From positions 1 to 34,193 of the forward strand of contig JAIRZB010000021.1 in assembly GCA_031267435.1 (NCBI GenBank): 34,193 nucleotides of DNA. Direction: 5' to 3'. A program made the position numbers and the translations under genes. Shown here piece after piece: positions 1-10,800 of the stretch (its first letter is position 1; the number at the start of each line of letters is the position of its first letter). Below the pieces are notes generated by a model. The model was not told where the DNA came from. It saw nothing but the letters and a program-made list of their open reading frames with translations, and searched no databases. This DNA comes from Puniceicoccales bacterium (GTDB taxonomy: Bacteria; Verrucomicrobiota; Verrucomicrobiia; Opitutales; LL51).

Positions 1-771
1 GACCTCCTTGATGACGCGGAGCTACTGGATCTCGTTGAGATGGAAGTGCGTGATCTGCTAATAAAATATGAATTTGACGGTGATAATATTACGGTTATCC
101 GCGGTTCGGCTCTGGCGGCATTGGAGGGAAAGCCGGAGGGTGTAGAGGCAATTGGGCGACTTTTGGAGGCACTCGACAAGGATATTCCTGAACCACAGCG
201 CGACATCGACAAGCCATTTTTGATGGCGGTCGAGGATGTTTTTTCCATTACGGGTCGCGGAACGGTGGCGACTGGGCGTATCGAACGCGGTGTGGTTAAG
301 GTCGGCGAAGAGGTCGAAATTGTTGGCCTCGGTGATACGAAAAAAACAATTTGTACGGGCGTCGAAATGTTTCGCAAGTTACTCGATGAGGGGCGTGCCG
401 GCGACAATGTTGGTTTATTGCTGCGCGGTCTTGAAAAGAAGGAAGTGGAGCGCGGTCAAGTCATTGCAAAACCGAAAAGTATCACGCCCCATTTTAAGGC
501 AAAGGCTGAAATTTACGTTTTAACCAAGGATGAAGGCGGACGCCATACGCCGTTTTTTAATGGCTATCGACCGCAATTCTTTTTTGGAACGGCGGATGTG
601 ACAGGGGTTGTGACGTTGCCGGATGGAACGGAAATGGTTATGCCGGGAGATAATTTGAATGTGGCGCTCGAGTTGCAGAAGAAGATTGCCATGGAAAAAG
701 GGCAGCGCTTTGCGATTCGCGAGGGCGGTCGGACGATTGGTGCGGGGCGCATTACTGAGATTATTGAGTGA
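1..771 (+). CDS. tuf: Elongation factor Tu, C-terminal 256 codons (5' end outside the window)
   Basis: Frame 1 is open from base 1 ([20 protein letters not shown]...). EF-Tu domain II/III hallmarks [38 protein letters not shown]. Stop TGA 769-771. Followed by the classic tRNA-Trp-secE-nusG context. Confidence 0.97.
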   Translation, partial: DLLDDAELLDLVEMEVRDLLIKYEFDGDNITVIRGSALAALEGKPEGVEAIGRLLEALDKDIPEPQRDIDKPFLMAVEDVFSITGRGTVATGRIERGVVKVGEEVEIVGLGDTKKTICTGVEMFRKLLDEGRAGDNVGLLLRGLEKKEVERGQVIAKPKSITPHFKAKAEIYVLTKDEGGRHTPFFNGYRPQFFFGTADVTGVVTLPDGTEMVMPGDNLNVALELQKKIAMEKGQRFAIREGGRTIGAGRITEIIE

Positions 772-827
772 AATTGGTAAAAATTATTGACTATAGGGTA
801 CAAAAATCCTTTTGTTGATTAACTGAT

Positions 828-903
828 AGGAGAATAGCTCAATTGGCAGAGCAACGGTCTCCAAAACCGTAGGTTGGGGGTTCGAGACCCTCTTCTCCTG
901 CCA
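828..903 (+). tRNA. trnW: tRNA-Trp (anticodon CCA), 76 nt with encoded CCA end
   Basis: Hand-folded cloverleaf. Acceptor AGGAGAA/TTCTCCT. D-stem GCTC/GAGC. Anticodon stem ACGGT/ACCGT with loop CTCCAAA (CCA anticodon). T-stem GGGGG/CCCTC with loop TTCGAGA. Discriminator G plus CCA at 901-903. Confidence 0.93.
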
Positions 904-915
904 GCAAGTATATGT

Positions 916-1140
916 ATGAAGATGAGAAATCCCTTGAGACGAGTCGGTATATTTTTTGGCGAGACGGCGAGCGAGCTTAAAAAAGCTTCTTGGCCAAGTC
1001 AAAAAGAAATGCGTCATTACGTCAGCGTTGTGCTAGTCGGGATGGCGATTTTGGGCGTTTATGTGGCGATTGTAGATTTTGCGCTTTTACACATTGTGGA
1101 GTTGTGTAGCGATTGGGTACGGGGGCGTTTAGGGCGATAG
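916..1140 (+). CDS. secE: Preprotein translocase subunit SecE (74 aa)
   Basis: Motif ELKKASWPSQKE followed by a single hydrophobic helix VSVVLVGMAILGVYVAIVDFALL. Position between tRNA-Trp and nusG. Start moved to ATG 916 because the ORF-track start 874 overlaps the tRNA. Confidence 0.85.
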   Translation: MKMRNPLRRVGIFFGETASELKKASWPSQKEMRHYVSVVLVGMAILGVYVAIVDFALLHIVELCSDWVRGRLGR

Positions 1141-1142
1141 CG

Positions 1143-1709
1143 ATGGTACTTTCAATGCAGGATTCGCGCTGGTACGCTTTGCAAGTTTTTTCCAATCAGG
1201 AGGCTAAGGTGAAGGTGTATCTTGATAAATTTGCTATCCGGGAAGGAGTGGCGATTGACGAAGTTTTGGTGCCATCGGAGAAGGTGGTTGAGATTAAAAA
1301 TGGTAAGCGCTATCATCGTATCAAAAAGTTTTATCCAGGCTATGTATTCGTTCGAATGAAGTTATACAATGAGGAAGAAAAATTGTTGCAATCTCCGTGG
1401 TATTTCGTGCGCAATGTACAGGGTGTATTGAATTTTGTGGGCGGCGAGCGGCCGGTACCGTTGCGGGAGGATGAAGTGAGCCGGATTTTGGATCAGGCGA
1501 AGGCTGCGGCAACGGCGGCACCCGTGCAGCGGGTACAATTTAAGGCTGGGAGCAAGGTAAAAATTACGGATGGTCCATTTGCGGAGTCTTTGGGTAATGT
1601 GTCGGAAATCGATTTGGAGAATGGAAAGATGCAAGTATCCGTATCATTGTTTGGTCGGGAGACACCGGTGGAGTTAGAGTTTTGGCAAGCGGAAATAGTA
1701 AGAGAGTAA
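1143..1709 (+). CDS. nusG: Transcription termination/antitermination factor NusG
   Basis: NGN start [15 protein letters not shown] region [22 protein letters not shown]. First ATG after the secE stop (TAG 1138-1140); ATG 1155 is an alternative start. Confidence 0.93.
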   Translation: MVLSMQDSRWYALQVFSNQEAKVKVYLDKFAIREGVAIDEVLVPSEKVVEIKNGKRYHRIKKFYPGYVFVRMKLYNEEEKLLQSPWYFVRNVQGVLNFVGGERPVPLREDEVSRILDQAKAAATAAPVQRVQFKAGSKVKITDGPFAESLGNVSEIDLENGKMQVSVSLFGRETPVELEFWQAEIVRE

Positions 1710-1713
1710 AATT

Positions 1714-2139
1714 ATGGCAAAAAAAATAGTAAAGCAAATTAAGTTGCAGTTGCCGGCTGGGGCGGCGAATCCCGCACCTCCGGTTGGTCCTGCGCTCGGG
1801 TCGGCCGGTGTAAATATTATGGGCTTTTGCAAGGAGTTTAATGCGCGAACGAAAGATATGTCCGGGATGATTATTCCTGCCGTGATTTCTGTCTATGCCG
1901 ATCGCTCGTTTACCTTCGAGTTGAAGTCTCCGCCCGCTTCGGTGTTATTGCAGAAGGCGGCAGGAGTCACGAAGGGTTCCAGTGTGCCGAATCGCACAAA
2001 GGTTGGCAAGGTGACGCACAGGCAATTGGAGGAAATTGCGGAAACGAAAAAAGCCGATCTCAATGTGGAAAATTTGGATGCGGCGGTAAAAATGATTGCG
2101 GGAACGGCGCGCAGCATGGGTATTGAAGTTGTTGGGTAA
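1714..2139 (+). CDS. rplK: 50S ribosomal protein L11
   Basis: Hallmark [21 protein letters not shown] and GFCKEFNA. 141 aa. Starts 4 nt after the nusG stop. Confidence 0.97.
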   Translation: MAKKIVKQIKLQLPAGAANPAPPVGPALGSAGVNIMGFCKEFNARTKDMSGMIIPAVISVYADRSFTFELKSPPASVLLQKAAGVTKGSSVPNRTKVGKVTHRQLEEIAETKKADLNVENLDAAVKMIAGTARSMGIEVVG

Positions 2140-2238
2140 TTGTTGGTTTAGGGAATTTAGGGAAAATTGTTTTTGCTGGAATATTTTAAATGGCTTGACA
2201 AAGATAAAAATTGCCCTAGCGGTATTTATGATTTGTTT

Positions 2239-2946
2239 ATGAAAAAACGGAGCAAGCGTCAGTTAAAGGGGCATGAGGTTGCTGATCTAAGCCAGTACTT
2301 TTCCGTCGAGAATGCCGTTGCATTACTCGAAAGAATGCCAAAGGCTCGTTTCGATGAGACCGTAGAGTTAGCGCTTCACCTGGGTGTCGATCCCAAGCAA
2401 AGCGACCAAATGGTTCGCGGAATCGTGAGCTTACCGAATGGTAGTGGCAAGCGAGTGCGGGTTTTGGTATTTACAGAGAAGCCGGAAGAGGCAATGGCGG
2501 CGGGGGCCGATTTTGCCGGTCTAGAGGATTTGATTGAAAAAATTCAATCCGGGTGGCTTGATTTTGATGTGGCGATTTCGACGACTTCCGCGATGAAGCA
2601 GGTACGCAATGTCGCTAGAATACTGGGGCCGCGTGGCATTATGCCGAATCCAAAATCGGGAACAGTTTCCGATGATGTTGCGGGAGCGGTTCACGAGGTA
2701 AAGGCGGGGCGCGTTGAATTTAAAATGGATAAAACGGCGAATATGGCTGTTGTTGTGGGGAAGCGTTCCTTTGCGGCGGATAAATTGGTGGAAAACATAG
2801 GAACGGCCATTGATGTGATTGTAAAAGCGAAACCTGCGAGTATTTCGGGTGGTTTTATTAAAAATATGACACTAACGGCGACAATGGCTCCGGGAATTAG
2901 GTTGGAACGCGGAATTTACAGTGTGGGTTCGGGAGGAGCATTATGA
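2239..2946 (+). CDS. rplA: 50S ribosomal protein L1 (235 aa)
   Basis: MKKRSKRQLK N-terminus. GVDPKQSDQMVRG, LGPRGIMPNPKSGTV. The ORF-track TTG 2167 extension has no L1-like sequence, so ATG 2239 was chosen. Confidence 0.95.
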   Translation: MKKRSKRQLKGHEVADLSQYFSVENAVALLERMPKARFDETVELALHLGVDPKQSDQMVRGIVSLPNGSGKRVRVLVFTEKPEEAMAAGADFAGLEDLIEKIQSGWLDFDVAISTTSAMKQVRNVARILGPRGIMPNPKSGTVSDDVAGAVHEVKAGRVEFKMDKTANMAVVVGKRSFAADKLVENIGTAIDVIVKAKPASISGGFIKNMTLTATMAPGIRLERGIYSVGSGGAL

Positions 2947-3458
2947 AAGCTGAGAAGAAGTTTTTAGTCAGTGAGGTTTGTGATCATCTTGGTAAGTCGG
3001 ATTATGTTTATCTGGCGGACTTTTCTCGCGTGACCGTTGCGGCGATTTCCACGCTTCGCAGGAATTTACGGAGTGACGACGCGGAATGTCATATCGTTAA
3101 AAATAGTGTATTGAAAATTGCGCTTAGTGAAAATGGCTGTGAAGATTTGGATGATAAATGCTTTGAGGGGCACACGGCGATTATCGTTGGCGGTATAAAT
3201 CCCGCAGGGGTCGCGAAAGTTTTATTCAAATTTTCCAAAGATAATGAGGAAAAAATGGGCGTAAAAGGTGGCGCGCTTTCCAAGCATCCGTTGGCGGTTG
3301 GCGAGATTAAGGCGCTATCGGAGTTGCCATCACTCGAAGTTTTGCGTGCGCAGGTTCTAGCATTGTTCAATACGCCGGCACAGCAGCTGGTGAGGGTGTT
3401 TAATGCGGTACCGCAGGGTATGGTCAATGTTTTACAGGCGAGGGCGAAGGAAGTTTAG
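2943..3458 (+). CDS. rplJ: 50S ribosomal protein L10
   Basis: 171 aa. ATGA overlap with the rplA stop. Position between rplA and rplL. L10-like VTVAAISTLRRNLR and a C-terminal helix for L7/L12 binding. Confidence 0.93.
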   Translation: MKAEKKFLVSEVCDHLGKSDYVYLADFSRVTVAAISTLRRNLRSDDAECHIVKNSVLKIALSENGCEDLDDKCFEGHTAIIVGGINPAGVAKVLFKFSKDNEEKMGVKGGALSKHPLAVGEIKALSELPSLEVLRAQVLALFNTPAQQLVRVFNAVPQGMVNVLQARAKEV

Positions 3459-3539
3459 CATTAGAAAAGAAATGAATTTAGGGGAGAGTTCTCTTAAATG
3501 GCAATGGTTGTCGCTAAATTTGTTTCTGGAGGATAAAAA

Positions 3540-3923
3540 ATGGCAAATATTACAAAGGATCAAGTTATCGATTGGCTGAGTTCTCAATCCGTTTTAGAAA
3601 TTGCCGGATTGGTGAAGGACTTGGAAGAGAAGTGGGGTGTTAGTGCGAGTGCTCCCGTGGCAGCGATTGCAATGCCCGCAGCGGGGGCAGCGGCTGAGGT
3701 CAAGGAGGAAAAAACGGAGTTTGACGTTATTCTATTGTCCGCCGGGGATAATAAAATTAATGTCATCAAGGAAGTTCGCGCTATTACCGGCCTCGGACTA
3801 AAGGAAGCGAAAGAACTCGTCGATGGCGCACCAAAGCCCGTTAAGGAGATTGTTTCGAAGGCTGATGCGGAAGAAATGAAAAAGAAGTTGGAAGCGGCCG
3901 GCGCCAAAGTAGAACTTAAGTAA
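3540..3923 (+). CDS. rplL: 50S ribosomal protein L7/L12
   Basis: Ala-rich hinge [15 protein letters not shown]-terminal domain [36 protein letters not shown] at 3528-3533. Confidence 0.97.
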   Translation: MANITKDQVIDWLSSQSVLEIAGLVKDLEEKWGVSASAPVAAIAMPAAGAAAEVKEEKTEFDVILLSAGDNKINVIKEVRAITGLGLKEAKELVDGAPKPVKEIVSKADAEEMKKKLEAAGAKVELK

Positions 3924-3954
3924 TTGGATAGTTGTTTGATCAAGTTAAGGTGTG

Positions 3955-3994
3955 CAGTTTTGTGGACTTCCTCGAGGTCTGCAGAGCTGTTTTT
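3955..3994 (+). terminator. Stem-loop plus T-tract between rplL and rpoB (attenuator / partial intrinsic terminator)
   Basis: CAGTTTTGTGGAC (3955-3967) pairs with GTCTGCAGAGCTG (3977-3989). 13 bp: 9 Watson-Crick plus 4 G-U. 9-nt loop, then TTTTT 3990-3994. Same position as the known E. coli rplL-rpoB attenuator. Confidence 0.6.
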
Positions 3995-4038
3995 GTTGTC
4001 GTGTGAAATTTAGTTAAAGGTGTTTGTGTTTTTCTCGT

Positions 4039-7000
4039 ATGACTGATAGAATTAATTTCGGAAAACTGGAGGAAGTTATTTCTCCTCCAAATTTTATAGA
4101 AAATCAAATCGATTCGTTTAAGGAATTTTTACAGGGCGATGTTGCGGTTGGAAGTCGAAAAAATATTGGCTTAGAAAGCGCTTTTCGCGATTTTTTTCCC
4201 ATTGAAAGTTACGACGGAAAGTGTCGGCTGGAGTATGTTTCCTACCGCATTTGTGAGCCGCGTCACAGCGAAGATTATTGCATTTGCGATGGAACAACCT
4301 TTGCGAGTTCGCTGTACGTTACGCTTCGGCTATGCGAAGAAGGGGAAATGCGGGAGGAGGAGATTTATTTTGGTGAATTTCCGGTCATGGGGAAACGGGG
4401 CTCCTTTGTGATCAATGGTGCGGAGCGTGTCGTTGTAAGTCAGCTACACCGTTCGCCGGGGGTCTGTTTCGAAGAAACTATCCATGCCAGCGGGAAAGTG
4501 CTCCATGCGTTCAGAATCATACCCGATCGCGGCACGTGGCTCGAGGTGCAATTTGATCCCAATGATCTGTTGTATGTGTATTTAGATCGCCGTCGCCGTC
4601 GCAGGAAATTTTTATTGACGACCCTGCTTAGGGCATTCGGTAATAGTTCCGATCAGGAAATTTTGAGTTTATTCTATAAGATAGAAAATAAAAAAGTCTC
4701 TTCATTTAGGGCAGATGCGAATCTTGCTAATTATATTTTGGTCGATGATGTTGTCGATGCGAAGGAGGGCATTGTTCTTGTTCGTGCCCATGAGTCGCTT
4801 TCGAAGGGATTGCTTCAGGCCTTTGAGGCTGCCGGAATTGAGCACTTGGATGTGGTTAATGTATCGTTTGACGATGGGTTATTGGTTCGTACGCTAAAAA
4901 AAGATCCCGCAAAGAATACGGAAGATGCATTGCGAGAAATTTATAAACGTTTGCGTCCCGGGGAACCGGTGATGGCTAATAATGCTGCGGGAATGATGTC
5001 TCGTTTATTTTTAGAACGGAAGCGCTACGATTTGGGTCGCGTTGGGCGAAGAAAATTGAATCAGCGCTTAAAACTTAATAAGGATATTGATGATCGCCTC
5101 GTCGATACGATAGATATTGTTGCGGCGACAAAATTTTTATGTCGTTTGCGCAAAGGGGAAGAGTACGTCGATGATATTGATCATCTCGGCAATCGGCGCA
5201 TACGCAATGTTGGAGAGTTATTGGTCAATCAGTGCCGTGCCGGTTTGGGAAAAATGGAGCGACTGATTCGCGAACGTATGGCGCTCTTTGACAATAGCGT
5301 GGATACGATTATTCCGCAGAAATTAGTTAATCCGAAAATTTTTATGAGTTCGGTGCGCGATTTTTTTGCGCGCAGTCAACTATCGCAGTTTATGGATCAG
5401 ATCAATCCATTGTCGGAATTGGCACACAAACGAAGGCTTTCGGCGCTTGGTCCGGGTGGTCTAAGTCGTGAGCGTGCAAGTTTCGAAGTGCGCGATGTTC
5501 ATTCGTCCCACTATGGTCGTATTTGTCCGATCGAGACTCCGGAAGGTCCCAATATTGGTCTTATTAATTCCCTGGGCACATTTGCGCGCGTCAATGAATT
5601 TGGGTTCATTGAGACGCCCTATCGCGCCATAAAGAATGGGCGTGTGACCGGTGAAGTGATTTATTTGGATGCGACCGATGAGGGCAGTTGTATGATTGCG
5701 CAGGCCAACTCGGAGATGGATGCCGATGGTAATCTTCTAGGGAATGTTGTGGTGCGCCAACGGGATATGATTTTGGAAGTTGAGCCATCGAAGGTGGACT
5801 ACATGGATGTTTCGCCCAAGCAAGTCATTTCCGTGGCGGCGGGGTTGATACCGTTTTTGGAGCATGATGATACTTCGCGGGCATTGATGGGAGCGAATAT
5901 GCAGCGACAGGGTGTGCCATTATTATCGCCGGAAGCTCCGCTCGTAGGGACGGGATTGGAACGAAAAGTTGCGGTTGATTCGAAAAATGTCGTTTCCGCG
6001 GTGGAAGATGGTATTGTGGCTTCGGTCGATGCGATGCGCGTCGTGGTGACAAAGGATGGTTTGATGCCTAAAAAACTGGATCCTAGGGGAAATCCATCGG
6101 CCGGTGTTCATATTTACAATTTGCGAAAATTTATCCGTTCCAATTCGGCTACTTGCTTTAATCAGCACCCAATAGTGGAGAAGGGGCAGGCGATCAAGGA
6201 AGGTGATCCATTGGCCGATGGAGCTGGAACGGATCATGGGGAATTGGCCTTGGGACGCAATGTTTTGGTCGCATTCATGCCTTGGAATGGTTACAATTTT
6301 CAGGATGCGATTATTCTAAGCGATCGGCTGGTGAAAGAAGATGTATTTACATCGGTTCACATTGAAGAGTTTGAAATCGTTGCGCGCGATACAAAACTAG
6401 GTGCTGAAGAAATTACTCGCGATATTCCGAATGTGGGCGATGAGGCATTGAAAAATTTGAATCGCGATGGTATCGTTCGCGTTGGAGCAGAAGTAAAAGC
6501 GGGCGATATTTTGGTTGGGAAAATTACACCAAAAAGTGAATCGGATTTGGCTCCAGAAGAAAAATTATTGCGAGCAATTTTTGGCGAAAAGGCGGCGGAT
6601 GTGAAAGATACGTCGCTTCTAGTGCCGCCGGGTTGCGAAGGTATTGTAATGGATGTTAAATTTTCCGGTAGTATCAGTGGGGAAAAGGAAGAGGTTTCCG
6701 AAGCGAATCTGCGCCGTCGCGTTAAAAAAGCTAATGAAGAATTTCGGGGGCAACTGGAAAAATTACAGGATGATTTGACGGAATCCCTTTCGAGCATTCT
6801 GTTAGGGGAAAAAATTCCACTCGATATTTCTAACGGAGAAACGGGGGAAATTATTATTCCGGCAAATCGTAAAATTACAAAAACGTTGCTACGTCGCATT
6901 GCGGCTTGTTTTGATACATTGGATATTCCCGCTTCGCCGGTAAGGAATCGTATCTTAGAAATTATTGATGCCTATCGCCAAAAATTTGTCGACCTCGAAA

Positions 7001-7803
7001 AGGAACGCATTCAGAGGGTGGAGGCGATTGAAGCGGGTGATATCGATGATACGGGTATCATTAAAAATGTAAAAGTATATGTGGCCAATAAGCGTAAAAT
7101 TCATATTGGTGACAAAATGGCCGGGCGCCATGGCAATAAGGGTGTGGTTTCGAAAATTGTTCCACGCGAGGACATGCCGTTTTTACCCGATGGAACGTCG
7201 GTCGATATTATTTTGAATCCCTTGGGCGTACCGAGTCGAATGAATGTGGGGCAAGTTTTGGAGACACATCTCGGTTGGGCTTGCGAAAAATTAGGAATTA
7301 AGGTTGCGACACCGGTCTTTGATGGTGTGCCGGAGTTGCAAATCCGCGAATACTTAAAGAAGGCAAATCTTCCAGAAAATGGAAAAAGTGTGCTCTACGA
7401 TGGTAGAACCGGAGAGCGTTTCGATCAGGAGGTGGTCGTCGGGTATATTTATATGATGAAGCTCAATCATTTGGTTGCCGATAAAATTCATGCGCGTGCG
7501 GTAGGTCCCTACAGTTTGGTGACGCAACAGCCCTTGGGAGGAAAGGCTCAATACGGTGGGCAGCGTTTCGGAGAAATGGAGGTTTGGGCGCTTGAAGCCT
7601 ATGGTGCGGCGTATACATTACAGGAAATGCTGACCATTAAGTCGGACGATGTCCAAGGACGGACGAAAGCCTACGAATCCTTGGTTAAAGGCGATCGTTC
7701 TTTGGAGACGGGTGTGCCCCAGTCTTTCAACGTTTTAATGAAAGAAATTCAAAGTTTGTGTCTCGACATTCGGTTGGAGCACGATGAAATATTTGCGGAG
7801 TAA
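4039..7803 (+). CDS. rpoB: DNA-directed RNA polymerase subunit beta (1254 aa)
   Basis: GNRRIRNVGELL. Rif-region SQLSQFMDQINPLSELAHKRRLSALGPGGL. GDKMAGRHGNKGV, GGQRFGEMEVWALEAYGAA. ATG 4039 preferred over the ORF-track TTG 4024. Confidence 0.98.
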   Translation: MTDRINFGKLEEVISPPNFIENQIDSFKEFLQGDVAVGSRKNIGLESAFRDFFPIESYDGKCRLEYVSYRICEPRHSEDYCICDGTTFASSLYVTLRLCEEGEMREEEIYFGEFPVMGKRGSFVINGAERVVVSQLHRSPGVCFEETIHASGKVLHAFRIIPDRGTWLEVQFDPNDLLYVYLDRRRRRRKFLLTTLLRAFGNSSDQEILSLFYKIENKKVSSFRADANLANYILVDDVVDAKEGIVLVRAHESLSKGLLQAFEAAGIEHLDVVNVSFDDGLLVRTLKKDPAKNTEDALREIYKRLRPGEPVMANNAAGMMSRLFLERKRYDLGRVGRRKLNQRLKLNKDIDDRLVDTIDIVAATKFLCRLRKGEEYVDDIDHLGNRRIRNVGELLVNQCRAGLGKMERLIRERMALFDNSVDTIIPQKLVNPKIFMSSVRDFFARSQLSQFMDQINPLSELAHKRRLSALGPGGLSRERASFEVRDVHSSHYGRICPIETPEGPNIGLINSLGTFARVNEFGFIETPYRAIKNGRVTGEVIYLDATDEGSCMIAQANSEMDADGNLLGNVVVRQRDMILEVEPSKVDYMDVSPKQVISVAAGLIPFLEHDDTSRALMGANMQRQGVPLLSPEAPLVGTGLERKVAVDSKNVVSAVEDGIVASVDAMRVVVTKDGLMPKKLDPRGNPSAGVHIYNLRKFIRSNSATCFNQHPIVEKGQAIKEGDPLADGAGTDHGELALGRNVLVAFMPWNGYNFQDAIILSDRLVKEDVFTSVHIEEFEIVARDTKLGAEEITRDIPNVGDEALKNLNRDGIVRVGAEVKAGDILVGKITPKSESDLAPEEKLLRAIFGEKAADVKDTSLLVPPGCEGIVMDVKFSGSISGEKEEVSEANLRRRVKKANEEFRGQLEKLQDDLTESLSSILLGEKIPLDISNGETGEIIIPANRKITKTLLRRIAACFDTLDIPASPVRNRILEIIDAYRQKFVDLEKERIQRVEAIEAGDIDDTGIIKNVKVYVANKRKIHIGDKMAGRHGNKGVVSKIVPREDMPFLPDGTSVDIILNPLGVPSRMNVGQVLETHLGWACEKLGIKVATPVFDGVPELQIREYLKKANLPENGKSVLYDGRTGERFDQEVVVGYIYMMKLNHLVADKIHARAVGPYSLVTQQPLGGKAQYGGQRFGEMEVWALEAYGAAYTLQEMLTIKSDDVQGRTKAYESLVKGDRSLETGVPQSFNVLMKEIQSLCLDIRLEHDEIFAE

Positions 7804-7815
7804 GGAAAATTTAAA

Positions 7816-10800
7816 ATGAGTACGGAAGCGGTAAAGGAATTTTTAGGGTTTGATCGGGATAATGAATTTGATACGGTTGCGATTTCGATAGCATCACCGG
7901 ATGCGATCCGTTCTTGGTCAAGGGGGGAGGTAAAAAATCCTGAAACGATCAATTATCGCACGTTCAAGCCGGAGCCGGGTGGATTATTTTGCCAAAGAAT
8001 TTTTGGGCCGGTCAAGGACTACGAGTGCGCCTGCGGGAAATATAAGCGCATCAAATATAAGGGAGTTGTCTGTGATCGCTGTGGCGTTGAGGTTACACTT
8101 TCCCGGGCGCGCCGTGAGAGCATGGGGCATGTGGAGCTAGCGGTGCCCATTGCGCATATCTGGTTTCTAAAAAGTTTGCCCAGTCGTTTGGGTTTATTTT
8201 TAGACATGCCGGTTCGCGATATCGAAAAGATCATCTACTATGAGAGTCACATGGTGACGGATTCGGGATCGACTCCTTTGAAAAAGTGCCAACTCTTGCA
8301 GGAGCAGGAATATGAGATGTTGCGTAGCGAATACGGTGACGATGCTTTCACGGCAAAGATGGGCGCTATTGCGATCCGCGAAATTCTTTCCGAAATGGAT
8401 CTCGAAGAGATGGTCTATAATATTCAGGAGGAAATGTATGCGACCAATGCTAAGCAAATGAAAAAAAAATTAGCCAAACGCCTTAAAATGGTTTCCGGAT
8501 TTTTGCGTTCGGGATCTCGGCCGGAATGGATGGTTTTGGAAGCATTGCCCGTATTGCCTCCGGATTTGCGCCCATTAGTTCCGTTGGACGGCGGGCGTTT
8601 TGCGACGAGTGACTTAAATGACTTATACCGCCGGGTGATTAATCGCAATAATCGTTTAAAAAGTTTGATGCAACTGAAAACACCGGATGTGATTGTACAC
8701 AATGAGATGCGCATGTTACAGGAGGCGGTCGATGCGTTGTTTGACAATGGGCGCCATGGAAAAGCGGTGCTCGGTGCAGGTAATCGTCCATTGAAATCCC
8801 TAGGCGATATGCTCAAGGGAAAGCAGGGACGTTTCCGTCAAAATTTATTGGGGAAACGCGTCGATTACAGTGGTCGTTCCGTCATTGTTATCGGTCCAGA
8901 ATTGAAGTTGCACCAATGTGGTTTGCCGAAAAAAATGGCGCTCGTTCTTTTTGAACCGTTTATTATCCGTCGTTTGAAGGAATTGGATTTCGTGCATACG
9001 GTGCGCAGCGCGCGTAAAATGATCGAACGTCAGGATCCCGAGGTATGGGATATTTTGGAAGAGGTTACACGGGAACATCCTATTTTACTTAACCGCGCGC
9101 CGACGTTGCACCGCTTGTCGATTCAAGCATTTGAGCCTATTTTAATCGAAGGAGAGGCGATTCGTTTGCATCCTTTAGTTTGTACGCCATTCAATGCCGA
9201 TTTCGATGGCGATCAGATGGCTGTCCATGTTCCGCTATCGATCGAAGCGATTATGGAATGTAAGTTACTGATGATGGCGACGCAGAATATGTTTTCGCCG
9301 TCGAGTGGTAAGCCGATTTTGACGCCGTCCCAGGATATTATCCTGGGCGTTTACTATTTGACCTATGAGCCGAAGCAGAAGGAGGAACGAATTCCGCTAA
9401 TGGGCAGCGTTGAAGAAGTTTTAATGGCAGAGGCTCAGGGTGTTGTCACGAAGCAGGATTGGATTCACCTTGCAAACCCAGACTATGGCCGTGTCACACG
9501 CTATGGCAATTGCAAGGACCGGGTTATTAAAACGACGGTTGGGCGTGTTATTTTCAATCAGATTTTTCCGCGTTCGCTAGGATTTATTAATTTTTCCATT
9601 GGAAAAGGTATGCTGGGGGATCTGATTATGGGAACCTACAAAATTGTCGGCCAAAAGGAAGCGGTACAGATGTTAGATCGGCTTAAAAATCTTGGGTTTT
9701 ATACAGCGATGAAGGCGGGACTTTCCATTGGCGTCGATGATATGATTGTTCCTCTGGAGAAACGGAATATTATTACCGAAGCGCGGCAAAAAGTGGAGGA
9801 AATCGATAACCAATTTCAAAAAGGAATCATTACTTCCGGTGAGCGCTCCAATAAAATTATTGATATTTGGACCAATGCCACGGATGAGGTTGCGCAGGTT
9901 GCGTTTGATCGCCTCATGAAAAATGATGAGAAAGATTATATTAATCCTGTTTATTTGATGATGGATTCTGGGGCGCGCGGTAATCGTCAACAGGTCCGTC
10001 AATTGTGTGGCATGCGTGGGCTAGTGGCTAAACCGTCCGGTGAGATTATTGAGCGACCGATTCTATCATCGTTCCGCGAAGGATTATCCGTTTTGGAATA
10101 TTTTATTTCGACACACGGTGCGCGCAAGGGTCTTGCCGATATGGCATTAAAGACGGCCGATGCGGGGTATATGACACGTAAGCTGTGCGATGTGGCGATG
10201 GATTGCATCGTTTCCTGCGAGGACGATGCTTGTCGCAATGGCATTTGGAAGCAGGCAGTTATGGATGGCGACGAGGAAATTATCAGTCTGCAGGAACGTA
10301 TTATTGGTCGTTGTGCTGCGGAAGACGTGCGTAATCCGATGAATTCGGAGGAGATATTGGTGGCCTCCGGTAGTCTAATCACGGCGGATGTTGCTAGAAA
10401 AATTGATGAGACTGGAATTGAACGTGTGAAAATTTTATCACCGTTAACCAGTATGAAGGATAATGGTATTCCGGCCATTGCCTATGGTATTGATCCGGCG
10501 ACGAACAGTATGGTAGCCTGCGGATCAGCGGTGGGTATTATTGCGGCCCAGTCAATTGGCGAGCCGGGAACACAGCTGACGATGCGCATATTTCATATCG
10601 GTGGCGTAGCGAGTCAGGTATTAAAAGCTCCCGAACACCGCGCAAAGATGGGTGGTGTTATTCGTCAGGAGAATTTGCGACTCGTTCGGACTACGGATGG
10701 CGCAAGTATTGTTTTGAATCGAATGGGGCGCCTCGTTCTTAGTGATGTGAATGGCCGCGAGATTGAAAGTTACGGCATTGTTCCGGGGGCAGTATTGCTG

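Noticed and set aside
874-915. ORF-track secE start at 874.
   Set aside because: It would overlap the 3' third of tRNA-Trp (828-903). ATG 916 gives a normal-length SecE.
2167-2238. TTG 2167 N-terminal extension of rplA, and a TTGACA hexamer at 2195-2200 as a possible internal promoter.
   Set aside because: The extension peptide (FLLEYFKWLDKDKNCPSG...) is not L1-like, whereas MKKRSKRQLK at 2239 is a typical L1 N-terminus. No acceptable -10 hexamer lies 16-18 nt after TTGACA; the nearest, TATTTA, is 22 nt away.
4024-4038. TTG 4024 as the rpoB start.
   Set aside because: ATG 4039 gives the conserved MTDRINFGK-type N-terminus. The five extra residues (MCFSR) have no support.
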